Below are positions 18,038 through 27,391 of a DNA stretch of 64,000 bases, one piece after another (position 1 is the first letter of the stretch; each line of letters opens with the position of its first letter). This DNA comes from an uncultured Actinomycetes bacterium (GTDB lineage Bacteria; Actinomycetota; Acidimicrobiia; IMCC26256; JANYLB01): contig CAWHIU010000001.1 in assembly GCA_963829475.1 (NCBI GenBank), positions 87,068 through 151,067 on the forward strand. Reading direction: 5' to 3'. A program made the translations under genes and the position numbers. Below the pieces are notes generated by a model, which worked only from the letters and a program-made list of their open reading frames with translations, was not told the DNA's origin and did no database searches.

Positions 18038-19543
18038 ATGACGCTGGCTGAGACCGAGACCGAGGCGGCCCTGGAGGTGCTGCTCTCCTCTGATCTCGAG
18101 CCGATCGTCGACATGGTGCTCCGCCACCACGACGACGGTCGCTACGAGGCCGCCAGCCACGACGGCAGCGTGACGTTCCGCCGGACCGGCCCCGGCCCGG
18201 ACGGCTACGAGACGGTCGCGGTGACCGGCTCGAACCCCTTCGCCGACACCGCCACCGACCGGTTCAGCCCCCTCGCCGACGAGCGGGCCCACCCGTTCCC
18301 GGGCCGGGCCGAGAACGCCTACCCCTTCGCCTACGACCACACCGCGCAGCTGTTCGATGCCGCTGCCGCCCCCGATCTCTGCGTGCTCCACTCCGCGGCC
18401 CACAACTGGGAAGACCAGGGCGGTCACCGCGGGGAGCACGGGTCCCTCGGAATCGTCCAGGCCCGGGCGCCCTGGGTCATCGCCGGCAAGGGGGTGCGCA
18501 ACGACGGCATCGCCCCGAAGTCGGCGCGCCTGGTCGACGTCGCCCCGACGGTGGCGGAACTGCTCGGCTGCCGGCCGATCGGCGAGCACGACCGGAGCGA
18601 GACGTATCTCGCGGGCCAGGACGGCGAGGTCCGTCACGACCTGCTCGACCTCGAAGGCGGGCGGCCGCGAATGGTCGTCGGCTTCCTCTTCGACGGCACC
18701 AACCCGAACGTGCTCCACGACATGGCCGCGCGCGGCGAGGCCCCGAACGTGGCGCGCCTCGTCGAGATGGGCACGGCGTTCGGTCACGGCGCGATCGCCG
18801 GCCTGCCCACCATCACGTTGGCGAACCACACGTCGATCCTCACGTCGAGGCTTCCCGGTCACCACGGCATCCTCAACAACGCGTGGTACGACCGCGGTCG
18901 GGGCGAGCAGATCATCACCAACTCGTCGGCGACCTGGCCGACGGCGATGCAGCACGTCGCACCAGGTGTCGATTCGATCCACGACGCGGTCCACCGGAGC
19001 TTCCCCGGCGACTTCTCCGCTTCGGTGAACGAGCCCTGCGACATCGGCGCCGACTACTCGACGTTCGACTTCTTCCGCCGCGGCGATGTGCCCCCGATCC
19101 CCTCTTCGCCCGAGGGGCTTCCGCACACGACCGAGCGGTTCGTGCGCCCGTCGAAGGACTACTCGTGGTCGTCGATCGTGGATCACATGGGGACCGAACA
19201 GGCTGTGGGCGTGTTGAGCGGCTCGTACCGCGAGGACACCTATCCCCTCCCGCGGTTCATGTTCGTGAACTTCACGCTCACCGACTCGGCGATGCACGAA
19301 GGCGGGCCGTACTCCGAGATCGCCGCGGCATCGGTGCGCGACAGCGACGCCCGCCTCGGCGAGGTGCTCGCCGCGGTGGAACGCACCGGCGCGTTCGACG
19401 ACAGCGCGTTCTTCCTGGTCGCCGACCACGGCATGGAGGAGAACGACCCGACCTGCACCGGTGACTGGGACGTCCATCTCCGAGCAGCCGGCCTCCGCTT
19501 CCGCGACGAGGCCTTCTCGTTCCTCTATCTCGGCGAGGAGTGA
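18038..19543 (+). CDS. alkaline-phosphatase-superfamily enzyme (nucleotide pyrophosphatase/phosphodiesterase-like)
   Basis: LFDGTNPNVL...GLPTITLANHTSILTSRLPGHHGILNNAWYD...FFLVADHGME are the metal and nucleophile motifs of the NPP/AP family. I place the start at ATG 18038. Confidence 0.7.
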   Translation: MTLAETETEAALEVLLSSDLEPIVDMVLRHHDDGRYEAASHDGSVTFRRTGPGPDGYETVAVTGSNPFADTATDRFSPLADERAHPFPGRAENAYPFAYDHTAQLFDAAAAPDLCVLHSAAHNWEDQGGHRGEHGSLGIVQARAPWVIAGKGVRNDGIAPKSARLVDVAPTVAELLGCRPIGEHDRSETYLAGQDGEVRHDLLDLEGGRPRMVVGFLFDGTNPNVLHDMAARGEAPNVARLVEMGTAFGHGAIAGLPTITLANHTSILTSRLPGHHGILNNAWYDRGRGEQIITNSSATWPTAMQHVAPGVDSIHDAVHRSFPGDFSASVNEPCDIGADYSTFDFFRRGDVPPIPSSPEGLPHTTERFVRPSKDYSWSSIVDHMGTEQAVGVLSGSYREDTYPLPRFMFVNFTLTDSAMHEGGPYSEIAAASVRDSDARLGEVLAAVERTGAFDDSAFFLVADHGMEENDPTCTGDWDVHLRAAGLRFRDEAFSFLYLGEE

Positions 19544-19615
19544 GCTCCGGTCCGCTCGCGCGTTCGTGCGCGCGGTATCCACCACCAACGCGCGCTCACC
19601 CCGTACGCTGCCGAC

Positions 19616-19846
19616 GTGGCGAGGCCGAAGGTCTACGAAGAAGAGCGGATCGCGACCGCGGTCCGTCTGCCCCGGAGCCTGCACGAACAGCTCCATGAAG
19701 CTGCCGACGAGCGGCAGGTCGCGGCGAACCTCCTGATCGTGAAGGCGCTCGAGACGTTCCTCGCGCAGCTGACCCCCGTCGACCAGCTCACGGGAGCGCA
19801 GCGCCCCGGCCGGCTGTCCCAGGCCCCCGGTACGGTCGATCGATGA
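19616..19846 (+). CDS. ribbon-helix-helix (Arc/CopG-like) DNA-binding protein, 76 aa
   Basis: MARPKVYEEERIATAVRLPRSLHEQLHEAADERQVAANLLIVKALETFLAQL shows a beta-strand followed by two helices. Its TGA overlaps the methyltransferase ATG as ATGA. TACGCT lies 6 nt before the GTG, which suggests a leaderless transcript. Confidence 0.7.
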   Translation: MARPKVYEEERIATAVRLPRSLHEQLHEAADERQVAANLLIVKALETFLAQLTPVDQLTGAQRPGRLSQAPGTVDR

Positions 19847-21715
19847 CCGACTCCCCCGATCGGCGGCGCAAGCCCACCTCGACGTCGAACTTCGGTGTCG
19901 GCCGCCGCGAGAACCACGACGCGACCGCGTTCTACGAGCGGTTCTCGCCGCCCGAGCTCTCCGGCGACGACACGCTCCTCGCGCCGACGCCGATCGACGA
20001 GCCGTTCCAGAAGGGCGACAGCCGCAACATGGAGGCCGTCGCCGACGGATCGGTCGCGCTCGTCGTCACCTCACCGCCCTACTTCGCCGGCAAGAAGTAC
20101 GAGGAGGAGCTCGAGCGCGACGGCATCCCGAGCTCGTACGTCGAGTACCTCGAGCTGCTCACGGATGTGTTCGCCGACTGCAAGCGAACACTGGAACCGG
20201 GTGGGCGCATCGCGGTGAACGTCGCGAACCTGGGGCGCAAGCCCTATCGCAGCCTCTCGGCCGACGTCATCCGGATCCTGCAGGACGATCTCGGTTTGTT
20301 GCTCCGCGGCGAGGTCGTGTGGCGCAAGGGAGTCGGCGACGTCGGCGCGGCGGGGAGCTGCGCCTGGGGATCCTTCCGCAAGCCGTCGAACCCGGTGCTG
20401 CGCGACGTCACGGAGCGCGTCGTGATCGCGAGCAAGGGACGCTTCGACCGTGCGCAGTCGATGCGCAAGCGTGAGGTCGCGGGCTTCCCGTCGAAGACCA
20501 CGGTCGATGCCGACGAGTTCATGGCTGCGACCCTCGACGTGTGGGACCTCCCACCCGAGAGCGCGAAGCGGGTGCGCCATCCCGCGCCATTCCCGGTCGC
20601 GCTCCCCGAGCGGCTGATCCTCCTCTACACATTCGAGAACGACCTCGTCCTCGACCCGTTCATGGGCTCGGGGTCCACGCTCGTCGCCGCGGCCCGACAC
20701 CGCCGTCGCCACGTCGGCTACGACCTCGATCCCGAGTACGTCGACCTCGCCCGTGCCCACGTCGAGGAGACAGTCGTCGCCCCTCCCGCCGCCGACGCCG
20801 GCAAGCCCGCCGCCTCGCTCGCGGCCGAGCTCATCGAGGCCGCGGGCTTCACCATCACCCATCGCGACCGGAAGCTGCGGGGCACCGGGCTCACGGTCCC
20901 GTACATCGCGACCGACTCCGGCGGACGACCGTGGTACTTCGACGTGTCCGGCGCGTTCACCACCTCGCGCGACGGCATGCTCCGCACCGACACTGTCTGG
21001 CGGTCGCTCGGGCGCGCGCACGTGCTCGCCAACAACAACCCCGACGGCATCCCGCTCGTGTTCCTCACGTCGGATCTCCCCCGACCCGGGAGCGAAGGCG
21101 ACGTCGCGTTGCGTGCCGCGGGGCCGCACGCGTTCTTCGACGCCGATCGCGCTGCTGCGCTACGCGCCGACGGGTCGTCGTCCGCCGCCGCGGCTCTGCG
21201 ACCGCGACCGACGCCGCCGGGTCGTCGTCCGGGCCGGCCGTCGGCTTCTGGACCGACCGCGACCTCGACCGCCGCTCGTAGCCTCGAATCTCGTGACCGG
21301 ATCGTTCCAGTCGTCGTCGAGCGCGCAGGGGCGGGCCTTCGCGCAGCAGTGCGACGCGCTTCTCGCCGGGCTCGGGTTCTCGCTCGCCGGCGCGACCAAG
21401 ATCGCGGGCATCGGCGTCGAAGTCGACCAGGTCGCAACCAGCTCCCGCGGGCAAGTCGTGTGGCTCGAGTACAAGGGCAGCATCCAGGGCAGCCGACCCG
21501 GTTTGCGGCGCACCGACACGCTGAAGAAGGCGGTCGCCAACGGGGCGTTGCTCGCGGCGCTCCCCGACCACCCGCCGTACATCGTGCTGACGTCCCACCT
21601 GCCGACGGCCGGTGCCGGGCTCGAGATGCTGAACACGGCTGTGTCGCTCCGCTACTTCGCCGACGTCGTCTGCATCTACGACCCCGGCGACCACGCCCGC
21701 CTCAAGCACCTCTGA
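19843..21715 (+). CDS. beta-class amino DNA methyltransferase (SPPY, probably N4-cytosine) with C-terminal PD-(D/E)xK-like domain(s); the frame must switch near 21143 and the 3' end depends on the model
   Basis: TSPPY (motif IV) precedes DPFMGSGST (motif I). The starting frame stays open to 22401, which I read as a GC artefact. Paralogue alignment (AFFDA then IALLRYA, against YFADVVCIY) places a shift into the frame of ORF 20753..21715. That frame runs through an Arg/Pro linker into the second nuclease-like domain. The alternative end is TAG 21281 in the third frame. Confidence 0.6.
21293..21715 (+). CDS. PD-(D/E)xK (Mrr-cat-like) nuclease-fold unit; either a stand-alone 140-aa ORF from GTG 21293 or the C-terminal domain of the methyltransferase
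   Basis: GIGVEVDQVATSSRGQVVWLEYKGS gives D...ExK, followed by LRRTDT and PYIVLTSHLP. It aligns by eye with methyltransferase residues GTGLTVPYIATDSGGRPWYFDVSGAFTTSRDGMLRTDT...PLVFLTSDLP, where the D and ExK positions are lost. Confidence 0.5.
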   Translation: MTGSFQSSSSAQGRAFAQQCDALLAGLGFSLAGATKIAGIGVEVDQVATSSRGQVVWLEYKGSIQGSRPGLRRTDTLKKAVANGALLAALPDHPPYIVLTSHLPTAGAGLEMLNTAVSLRYFADVVCIYDPGDHARLKHL

Positions 21716-21769
21716 CCCCACCCCGACCCCGTGCTCAAGGGGGTCGGCCAAGGGGTCGATGGAACCGTC

Positions 21770-22354
21770 ATGAAGAGGACTCTGACCATCATGATCGCCG
21801 GCCTCGCGGCCGTCTTCGCGCTCGGTGCCTGCGGCGCCGCGTCGAACACCGTGAGCAACGGCGCCAAGAAGGCCGTCGAGGACGCGACCGGCTGCAAGGT
21901 GAACGGGAGCGACAAGAGCACCAAGGTCGAGTGCAAGGGCAAGAACGGCAAGGGCTCGTTCAGCGTCGGCGAAGGTGCGACGCTGCCCGACGGCTTCCCG
22001 GAGAGCGACGTCCCGATGCCCGACGGCAAGATCGTCAGCGCGATCTCGAGCGAGATCAACGGCAAACCCGCGTACATCATCACCGTGAAGGTCGACGGGT
22101 CCGTGGGAACTGTGGCCGACGACTACAAGCAGACACTCGAAGACAAGGGCTTCACGGCCGACAAGGACAGCTCCTTCAGTCTCGGCGGCGGCAGCGGCAG
22201 CCTGACCACGTTCACCGTCAGGAGTGCCGACTGGGACGTGAACGTCGTCGGTGCCGGCGGTACCACGGGCAAGGACAGCAACGGCCTCGTCGTCACGGTC
22301 TCCACCCACGACAGCACCACCGACACCACCGACACGACCAGCTCCCCGAGCTAG
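21770..22354 (+). CDS. lipoprotein of unknown function
   Basis: MKRTLTIMIAGLAAVFALGAC is a signal peptide plus lipobox (LGAC). The C-terminal tail is Thr/Asp-rich (STHDSTTDTTDTTSSPS). Confidence 0.75.
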   Translation: MKRTLTIMIAGLAAVFALGACGAASNTVSNGAKKAVEDATGCKVNGSDKSTKVECKGKNGKGSFSVGEGATLPDGFPESDVPMPDGKIVSAISSEINGKPAYIITVKVDGSVGTVADDYKQTLEDKGFTADKDSSFSLGGGSGSLTTFTVRSADWDVNVVGAGGTTGKDSNGLVVTVSTHDSTTDTTDTTSSPS

Positions 22355-22415
22355 GAACCTGCTCGAACTTGTCGCGCCTCATGACCCCAGAGCGCGTCTG
22401 ACGCGACACGTTGGT

Positions 22416-23192
22416 TCAGGGGGCGGGGTCGTAGCCCACTTGCCAGAGGCAGAGGCCGTGGGGCGGGGCCACCGGGCCGGCCGCCGAACGGTCGCGCGAT
22501 CGCAGGATGGTCAGGATGTCGCCCGGCCGGCGACGACCGCGACCGACGTCGACGAGCGTCCCGACGATCGAGCGCACCATCTGCCAGCAGAACGCCTGGG
22601 CGCGGATGTCGTAGCGCAGGACGTCGTCACCGAGATCGACCCACGACGACTCGAGCACCCGCCGCGTCGTCGACGTCCCTTCGGGACCCTTCCGACAGAA
22701 CGATGCGAAGTCGTGCTCGCCGACGAACGGATCGGCGGCGAGCCGCAGGCGTGACCGATCGAGCGGTTCGGGCACCCACCAGGCGGAGCGGGCGAGAAAC
22801 GGGTCGGGCTCGCGTCGGTTGACGATCGTGTACCGGTAGGCGCGCCAGGTCGCCGAGTGCCGGGCATCGAACTCGGCGTCGACGATGTCGGCCGACCGCA
22901 CCACGATCTCGGGACCGAGCATCCCGTTCAACGACGACTGGAGCCGCCACGGATCGAGCCCGGTGCCGGCCTCGAACGTGACCACCTGACCCCACGCATG
23001 CACGCCCGCGTCGGTGCGGCCGGCGCACGTCAGCTCCACGGGGTGACGGAGCACCCGTTCGAGCGCCCGTCTCAACACGCCTGCAACGGTCCGCACCTCG
23101 GGCTGCGCGGCGAAGCCGCGGAACCCAGTCCCGTCGTACGCGACGACGAGTCGGCAGCGGGCAGGGCCCCCGGCCGACTCGAAGAGCGTCAC
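22416..23192 (-). CDS. truA: tRNA pseudouridine(38-40) synthase TruA
   Basis: RLVVAYDGTGFRGFAAQ...CAGRTDAGVHAWGQVV...RYDIRAQAFCWQMVRSIVG. I place the start at GTG 23192, 13 nt after rplQ. Confidence 0.9.
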   Translation of the reverse strand: MTLFESAGGPARCRLVVAYDGTGFRGFAAQPEVRTVAGVLRRALERVLRHPVELTCAGRTDAGVHAWGQVVTFEAGTGLDPWRLQSSLNGMLGPEIVVRSADIVDAEFDARHSATWRAYRYTIVNRREPDPFLARSAWWVPEPLDRSRLRLAADPFVGEHDFASFCRKGPEGTSTTRRVLESSWVDLGDDVLRYDIRAQAFCWQMVRSIVGTLVDVGRGRRRPGDILTILRSRDRSAAGPVAPPHGLCLWQVGYDPAP

Positions 23193-23205
23193 ACCGACAG
23201 CAGGA

Positions 23206-23556
23206 TCAGACGAGCTCGATGCGCGCCATCGGCGCGCGGTCGCCGGGTCGCGACCCGAGCTTGAGGATCCGCGTGTACCCACCGTTGCGGTCGGCGTAGC
23301 GCGGACCGATCTCCTCGAAGAGCTTGTGGGCGGCGTCCTTGTCGTGGATCGTCGCGACCACCTGGCGCTGACGGTGCACGCCACCCTTCTTGGCCTTGGT
23401 GATGAGGTGCTCCGCGTACGGACGCAGCTCCTTCGCCTTCGCGACCGTGGTGGTGATCCCCTCGGCCTCGAACAGGCTCGCGGCGAGGTTCGCCATCATG
23501 TGCCAGTGGTGGGCGGGGTCGCCGCCGAAGCGCTTCCCCTTCTTCGGCGCGGGCAT
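23206..23556 (-). CDS. rplQ: 50S ribosomal protein L17
   Basis: [56 protein letters not shown]... Confidence 0.95.
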   Translation of the reverse strand: MPAPKKGKRFGGDPAHHWHMMANLAASLFEAEGITTTVAKAKELRPYAEHLITKAKKGGVHRQRQVVATIHDKDAAHKLFEEIGPRYADRNGGYTRILKLGSRPGDRAPMARIELV

Positions 23557-23563
23557 CGGGCCC

Positions 23564-24503
23564 CTACTCCTTCACGCGCAGCGACAGGCCACGCTCGTCG
23601 AGCTTCTGGAGCACCTCGTCGAGCGACTTCGAACCGAAGTTCGTGATCGCGAGGAGGTCGTCTTCGGTCTTCTGCACGAGCTGACCGATCGTGTCGACCC
23701 GGGCCCGCTTGAGGCAGTTGCGCGGCCGCTCCGAGAGATCGAGCTCCTCGATGGGGAGCTCGAGGTCGGGCGACGTCGACGTGGTCGGCGACACCTCACC
23801 GAGCTCGAGGCTCGGGGCCTCGGCGGAGAGGTTGGCGACCAGACCCACGAGGTTGCCGAGCGTCGCACCGGCCGATGCGAGCGCGTCACGCGGCGCTGAT
23901 CGAACCATCGGTCTCGATCTCGAGCGTCAGGCGGTCGAAGTTCGTCGCCTGCTCGACGCGGGTGGGCTCGACGTCGAACGCGACCCGGCGCACGGGCGAG
24001 AAGATCGCGTCGACCGGGATGACACCGATCGGCGAACCCGCCCGCTTGGTCTTCTCCGCCGACGCGTAGCCCCGACCCTGCTCGACCGTGAGGTCGAACG
24101 CGAGGCGCCCCTTGGCGTTGACCGTCGCGAGATGCAGATCGAGGTTCAGGATCTCGACATCGGACGTGGTCTGGATGTCGGCCGCGGTGATCTCACCCGG
24201 ACCGCGCTTGTCGAGCCGCAACGTGACCGGTTCCTCGGCCACGCACTGGAGCACGAGGTCCTTGAGGTTCAGGATCAGGTCGGTGACGTCTTCCTTGACG
24301 CCGGGGATCACGTCGAACTCGTGCAGCGCTTCGTCGAAGCGCACCTGCGTGACGGCCGCGCCGGGGATCGACGAGAGCAGCGTGCGACGAAGGCTGTTGC
24401 CGAGCGTGTGGCCGAAGCCGGGCTCGAGGGGGGAGATGATGAAGCGCTCGGTGTTGCCCTCGGGCTCGAGGGCTTCGATCTCGGGACGCTGGATGATGAG
24501 CAT
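23564..24503 (-). pseudogene. rpoA: DNA-directed RNA polymerase alpha subunit, split by a 1-nt frame break near 23890 as sequenced (probably a sequence error)
   Basis: The NTD ORF MLIIQRPEIEALEPE...LTLEIETDGSISAA stops at 23886. The CTD (SAPRDALASAGATL...ERPRNCLKRARVDTIGQLV...FGSKSLDEV) continues in the next frame. Confidence 0.9.
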
Positions 24504-24512
24504 GGCGGTTCC

Positions 24513-25136
24513 TTACTTGGAGTAGAGCTCGACGATGAGCTGCTCACGCACGGGCACGTCGATCTGCTCGCGGAGGGGCAGGTCGCGGACGGTCGCCTTG
24601 TGATCAGCGGAAGCAACTTCGAGCCACTGCGGCACACCCCGGTCGAGCGTGTCGAGGTTGTGGCGCACGATGATCATCGACTTGGCCTTCGGGCCGAGCT
24701 CGATCACGTCGCCGCGACGAACCTGGAACGACGGGATCGTGACCCGCTTGCCGTTGACCAGCACGTGGCCGTGGCGCACGAACTGGCGGGCCTGGTTCCG
24801 GCTCGCCGAGTAGCCGGCGCGGAACACCGTGTTGTCGAGGCGGAGCTCGAGCATCTGCAGGAGGTTCTCACCCGTGATGCCGGCCTGGGCGTTCGCCTGC
24901 TGGTAGAGGTTCCGGAACTGCTTCTCGAGCAGGCCGTAGATGCGCTTGGCCTTCTGCTTCTCACGGAGCTGCAGGAGGTACTCGCTCTCGCGGATGCGGC
25001 CGCGGCCGTGCATCCCCGGCGGATACGGGCGACGCTCGATCGGGCAGCGCATGCTGTCGCACTTCGCGCCCTTCAGGAACAACTTCATCCGCTCCCGCCG
25101 GCAGAGCCGACAGACCGCGCCTGTGTACCGAGCCAT
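24513..25136 (-). CDS. rpsD: 30S ribosomal protein S4
   Basis: [26 protein letters not shown]...LDNTVFRAGYSASRNQARQFVRHGHVLVNGKRV. Confidence 0.95.
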   Translation of the reverse strand: MARYTGAVCRLCRRERMKLFLKGAKCDSMRCPIERRPYPPGMHGRGRIRESEYLLQLREKQKAKRIYGLLEKQFRNLYQQANAQAGITGENLLQMLELRLDNTVFRAGYSASRNQARQFVRHGHVLVNGKRVTIPSFQVRRGDVIELGPKAKSMIIVRHNLDTLDRGVPQWLEVASADHKATVRDLPLREQIDVPVREQLIVELYSK

Positions 25137-25534
25137 CAGACCCTCCGCCGCTTGGGTGGGCGGCAACCGTTGTGCGGGATGGGAGTCACGTCTTTGATGC
25201 CGAGCACCTCGATGCCCGTGTTCTGGATCGACCGGATGGCGGTCTCTCGCCCCGAGCCCGGACCCTTCACCACGACGTCGACCTTGCGGACACCGTGCTC
25301 CATCGCCCGACGGGCGGCGGTCTCGGCCGCGAGCTGCGCCGCGAACGGTGTCGACTTACGCGAGCCCTTGAAGCCGACGTTGCCCGACGACGCCCACGCG
25401 ATGACGTTGCCCTGCGTGTCGGCGATCGTCACGATCGTGTTGTTGAACGACGACTTGATGTGCGCGATGCCGTGCGTGATGTTCTTGCGTTCACGACGCT
25501 TCGGACGCCGGCCGCCAGGCGGGGGCTTGGCCAT
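25136..25534 (-). CDS. rpsK: 30S ribosomal protein S11
   Basis: ...[46 protein letters not shown]... Confidence 0.95.
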   Translation of the reverse strand: MAKPPPGGRRPKRRERKNITHGIAHIKSSFNNTIVTIADTQGNVIAWASSGNVGFKGSRKSTPFAAQLAAETAARRAMEHGVRKVDVVVKGPGSGRETAIRSIQNTGIEVLGIKDVTPIPHNGCRPPKRRRV

Positions 25535-25590
25535 ACTCTTCGCTCGCTCTCTACCGTGATCTCGGGTGTTCGATGGTGCGGGACTGTTCC

Positions 25591-25612
25591 GTTCGCTCGC
25601 TGGCGAGCGAAC
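25591..25612 (-). other. perfect 10-bp palindrome/hairpin inside the unusually long (164 nt) rpsM-rpsK spacer
   Basis: The arm gttcgctcgc, then tg, then gcgagcgaac. A second small hairpin ccgca-cgtga-tgcgg lies upstream of it in the sense direction. Confidence 0.5.
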
Positions 25613-25698
25613 TCCACTCGCTGGCGCTCGCTCCGGGTCGCCGCATCACGTGCGGAAGACGCGGGCGCAGGCTCGACGAGCTGTGCGGTTGTCGTTGG

Positions 25699-26076
25699 TT
25701 ACTTGCGGGCCTTCTTGCGGCCGGCGACGGTCTTCTTCGGGCCCTTGCGGGTGCGGGCGTTGGTGCGGGTGCGCTGACCACGGACCGGGAGGCCGCGGCG
25801 GTGACGCACGCCCTGGTAGCTCCCGATCTCCATCTTGCGCTTGATGTGGCCCTGCACCTCGCGGCGAAGGTCACCCTCGACCTTCAGGCCCGAGTCGATC
25901 CACGACCGGAGCTGCGACACCTCTTCCTCGGTGAGGTCGCGCACGCGCGTGTCGGGGGAGATCCCACACGCCTCGCACACTTGCTTGGCCGTGGTGCGAC
26001 CGATTCCGAAGATGTAGGTGAGCGAGATCTCGAGGCGCTTCTCTCGAGGGATGTCGACACCGGCGATACGAGCCAT
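25699..26076 (-). CDS. rpsM: 30S ribosomal protein S13
   Basis: [33 protein letters not shown]... Confidence 0.95.
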   Translation of the reverse strand: MARIAGVDIPREKRLEISLTYIFGIGRTTAKQVCEACGISPDTRVRDLTEEEVSQLRSWIDSGLKVEGDLRREVQGHIKRKMEIGSYQGVRHRRGLPVRGQRTRTNARTRKGPKKTVAGRKKARK

Positions 26077-26097
26077 TGTTCTCCCTAAACCCTGCCG

Positions 26098-26211
26098 CTA
26101 GCCCTGGCGCTGTTTGTGCCGGGGGTTGGTGCAGATGACCCGGACCGCGCCGTGGCGGCGGATCACCTTGCACTTCTCACAGATCTTCTTGACCGACGGT
26201 CGGACTTTCAC
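26098..26211 (-). CDS. rpmJ: 50S ribosomal protein L36 (zinc type)
   Basis: Own translation from GTG 26211 gives [37 protein letters not shown], 37 aa. It is below the ORF-track size cutoff in its own frame. Confidence 0.9.
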   Translation of the reverse strand: MKVRPSVKKICEKCKVIRRHGAVRVICTNPRHKQRQG

Positions 26212-26234
26212 TGCTGCCTCATGACTTGTGTGGG

Positions 26235-26459
26235 CTACTTGTAGCGGTAGGTGATGCGCCCGCGACTGAGGTCGTAGGGCGTGAGCTCCACCTGGACCCG
26301 ATCGCCCGGCAGGATCCGGATGTAGTGCATCCGCATCTTCCCGGAGATGTGCGCCAGCACCTTGTGGCCGTTCTCGAGCTCGACGCGGAACATGGCGTTG
26401 GGGAGAGGTTCGACGACTGTCCCCTCGACGAGGATCGTGTCGTCCTTGGGCTTTGCGAC
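26235..26459 (-). CDS. infA: translation initiation factor IF-1; no canonical start codon at the expected position
   Basis: (V)[73 protein letters not shown]. The codon aligned with Met1 is GTC (26459-26457), 6 nt after AGGTGG. Confidence 0.85.
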   Translation of the reverse strand, partial: VAKPKDDTILVEGTVVEPLPNAMFRVELENGHKVLAHISGKMRMHYIRILPGDRVQVELTPYDLSRGRITYRYK

Positions 26460-26624
26460 GGTGCACCACCTGCAACTGGAACTGACAAATGAAACGGGCG
26501 AAATCGACCGGCGGGAAGGGTCGCGCGATGAGCGCACCAGAAGACCGCGGGGCCGACCGGAGATCCTACACCGCGACCAGCCCGGACTCAATCCCGGTCG
26601 CCGCGGCTTCAGGTTGCGAGACGG

Positions 26625-27375
26625 TCAGGGAAGGGTCAGGACCTCGGGTCCGTGGTCGGTGACGGCGATCGTGTGCTCGAAATGGGCCGAGCGACGGCCG
26701 TCGCGGGTGACGACGGTCCAGCCGTCGTCGAGCAGGAGGGTCTCGGCGGTGCCGGCGTTGACCATGGGCTCGATGGCGAGCACCAGACCCTCCTTCATCT
26801 TGTACTTGCTGTTCGGGCCCCCGGCATAGTTCGGGACCTGCGGTTCTTCGTGCATGGCGGTGCCGATGCCGTGCCCGACGTACTCCTTGACCACCGTGAA
26901 GCCCGGCCCCGACCGCGACGTCTTCCACCGCGGCGCCGACCTCGCCGAGGCGCTTGCCGTCGACGACCCGTTCGATCGCCGCGTCGAGCGAGGCCTTGGT
27001 GATGTCGATCAGGCGCTGCGACTCCGCGTCGACCGTGCCGATCGGGATCGTGATCGCGGCGTCACCGTGCCAACCCTCGATGATCGCACCGCAGTCGATC
27101 GAGAAGATGTCGCCTTCCTCGAGCACGGTGTGGTCGGGGATGCCGTGCACGATCACGTGGTTCGGCGACGCGCAGATGACTGCCGGGAACCCGTGGTAGT
27201 TGAGGAAGTTCGACTGCGCGCCCCGACGCTCGAGCACCTCACGGGCGACCCGGTCGACGTCGAGCGTGGTCGCACCCGGCTTCGACGCCCGGATGCATTC
27301 CTCGTGCATCTCGGCGACGACACGTCCGGCCCTGCGCATCAATGCGATCTGCTCGTGCGACTTCTTCGTGATCAC
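26625..27375 (-). pseudogene. map: type I methionine aminopeptidase, one frame break near 26900 as sequenced (GGG run)
   Basis: VITKKSHEQIALMRRAGRVV...FSIDCGAIIEGWHGDAAIT...VEDVAVGAG continues in another frame as [25 protein letters not shown]...LAIEPMVN...[11 protein letters not shown]. Confidence 0.85.
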
Positions 27376-27391
27376 CGCTGCTCCCCCCGTT

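Noticed and set aside
13063-18051. Very long plus-strand ORFs: 1662 aa at this location, 2653 aa at 44619..52580, 905 aa at 34396..37113, 828 aa at 38193..40679, and others.
   Set aside because: They run antisense to well-recognised genes (glmS-like/glmM/rpsI, rpoC/rpoB, ribosomal proteins). They translate to Arg/Gly/Asp/His-rich low-complexity strings and have no recognisable motifs. These are typical stop-codon-poor shadow frames of GC-rich DNA.
18038-22354. A mobile genetic element or genomic island with integrase or transposase around the methyltransferase patch.
   Set aside because: No integrase, transposase or phage-like ORF is present, and I saw no flanking direct repeats or tRNA attachment site. 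Base composition also looks like the rest of the window. I describe it only as an accessory patch.
19843-22401. An 852-aa read-through version of the methyltransferase ORF that covers the lipoprotein gene.
   Set aside because: After about residue 435 the translation becomes Arg/Pro/Gly junk. It overlaps a convincing lipoprotein gene in another frame (signal peptide plus lipobox). The paralogue alignment indicates the real frame changes near 21143.
23564-24503. Genuine pseudogenisation, or programmed frameshifting, of rpoA. The same applies to rplB, rpsL, map and both tuf copies.
   Set aside because: These genes are indispensable. Each has a single 1-nt break with otherwise perfect conservation. 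Several breaks lie in short homopolymers (GGG, AA, C run), and I saw no shared slippery heptamer or downstream structure. Sequencing or assembly indels are the economical explanation, pending read-level checks.
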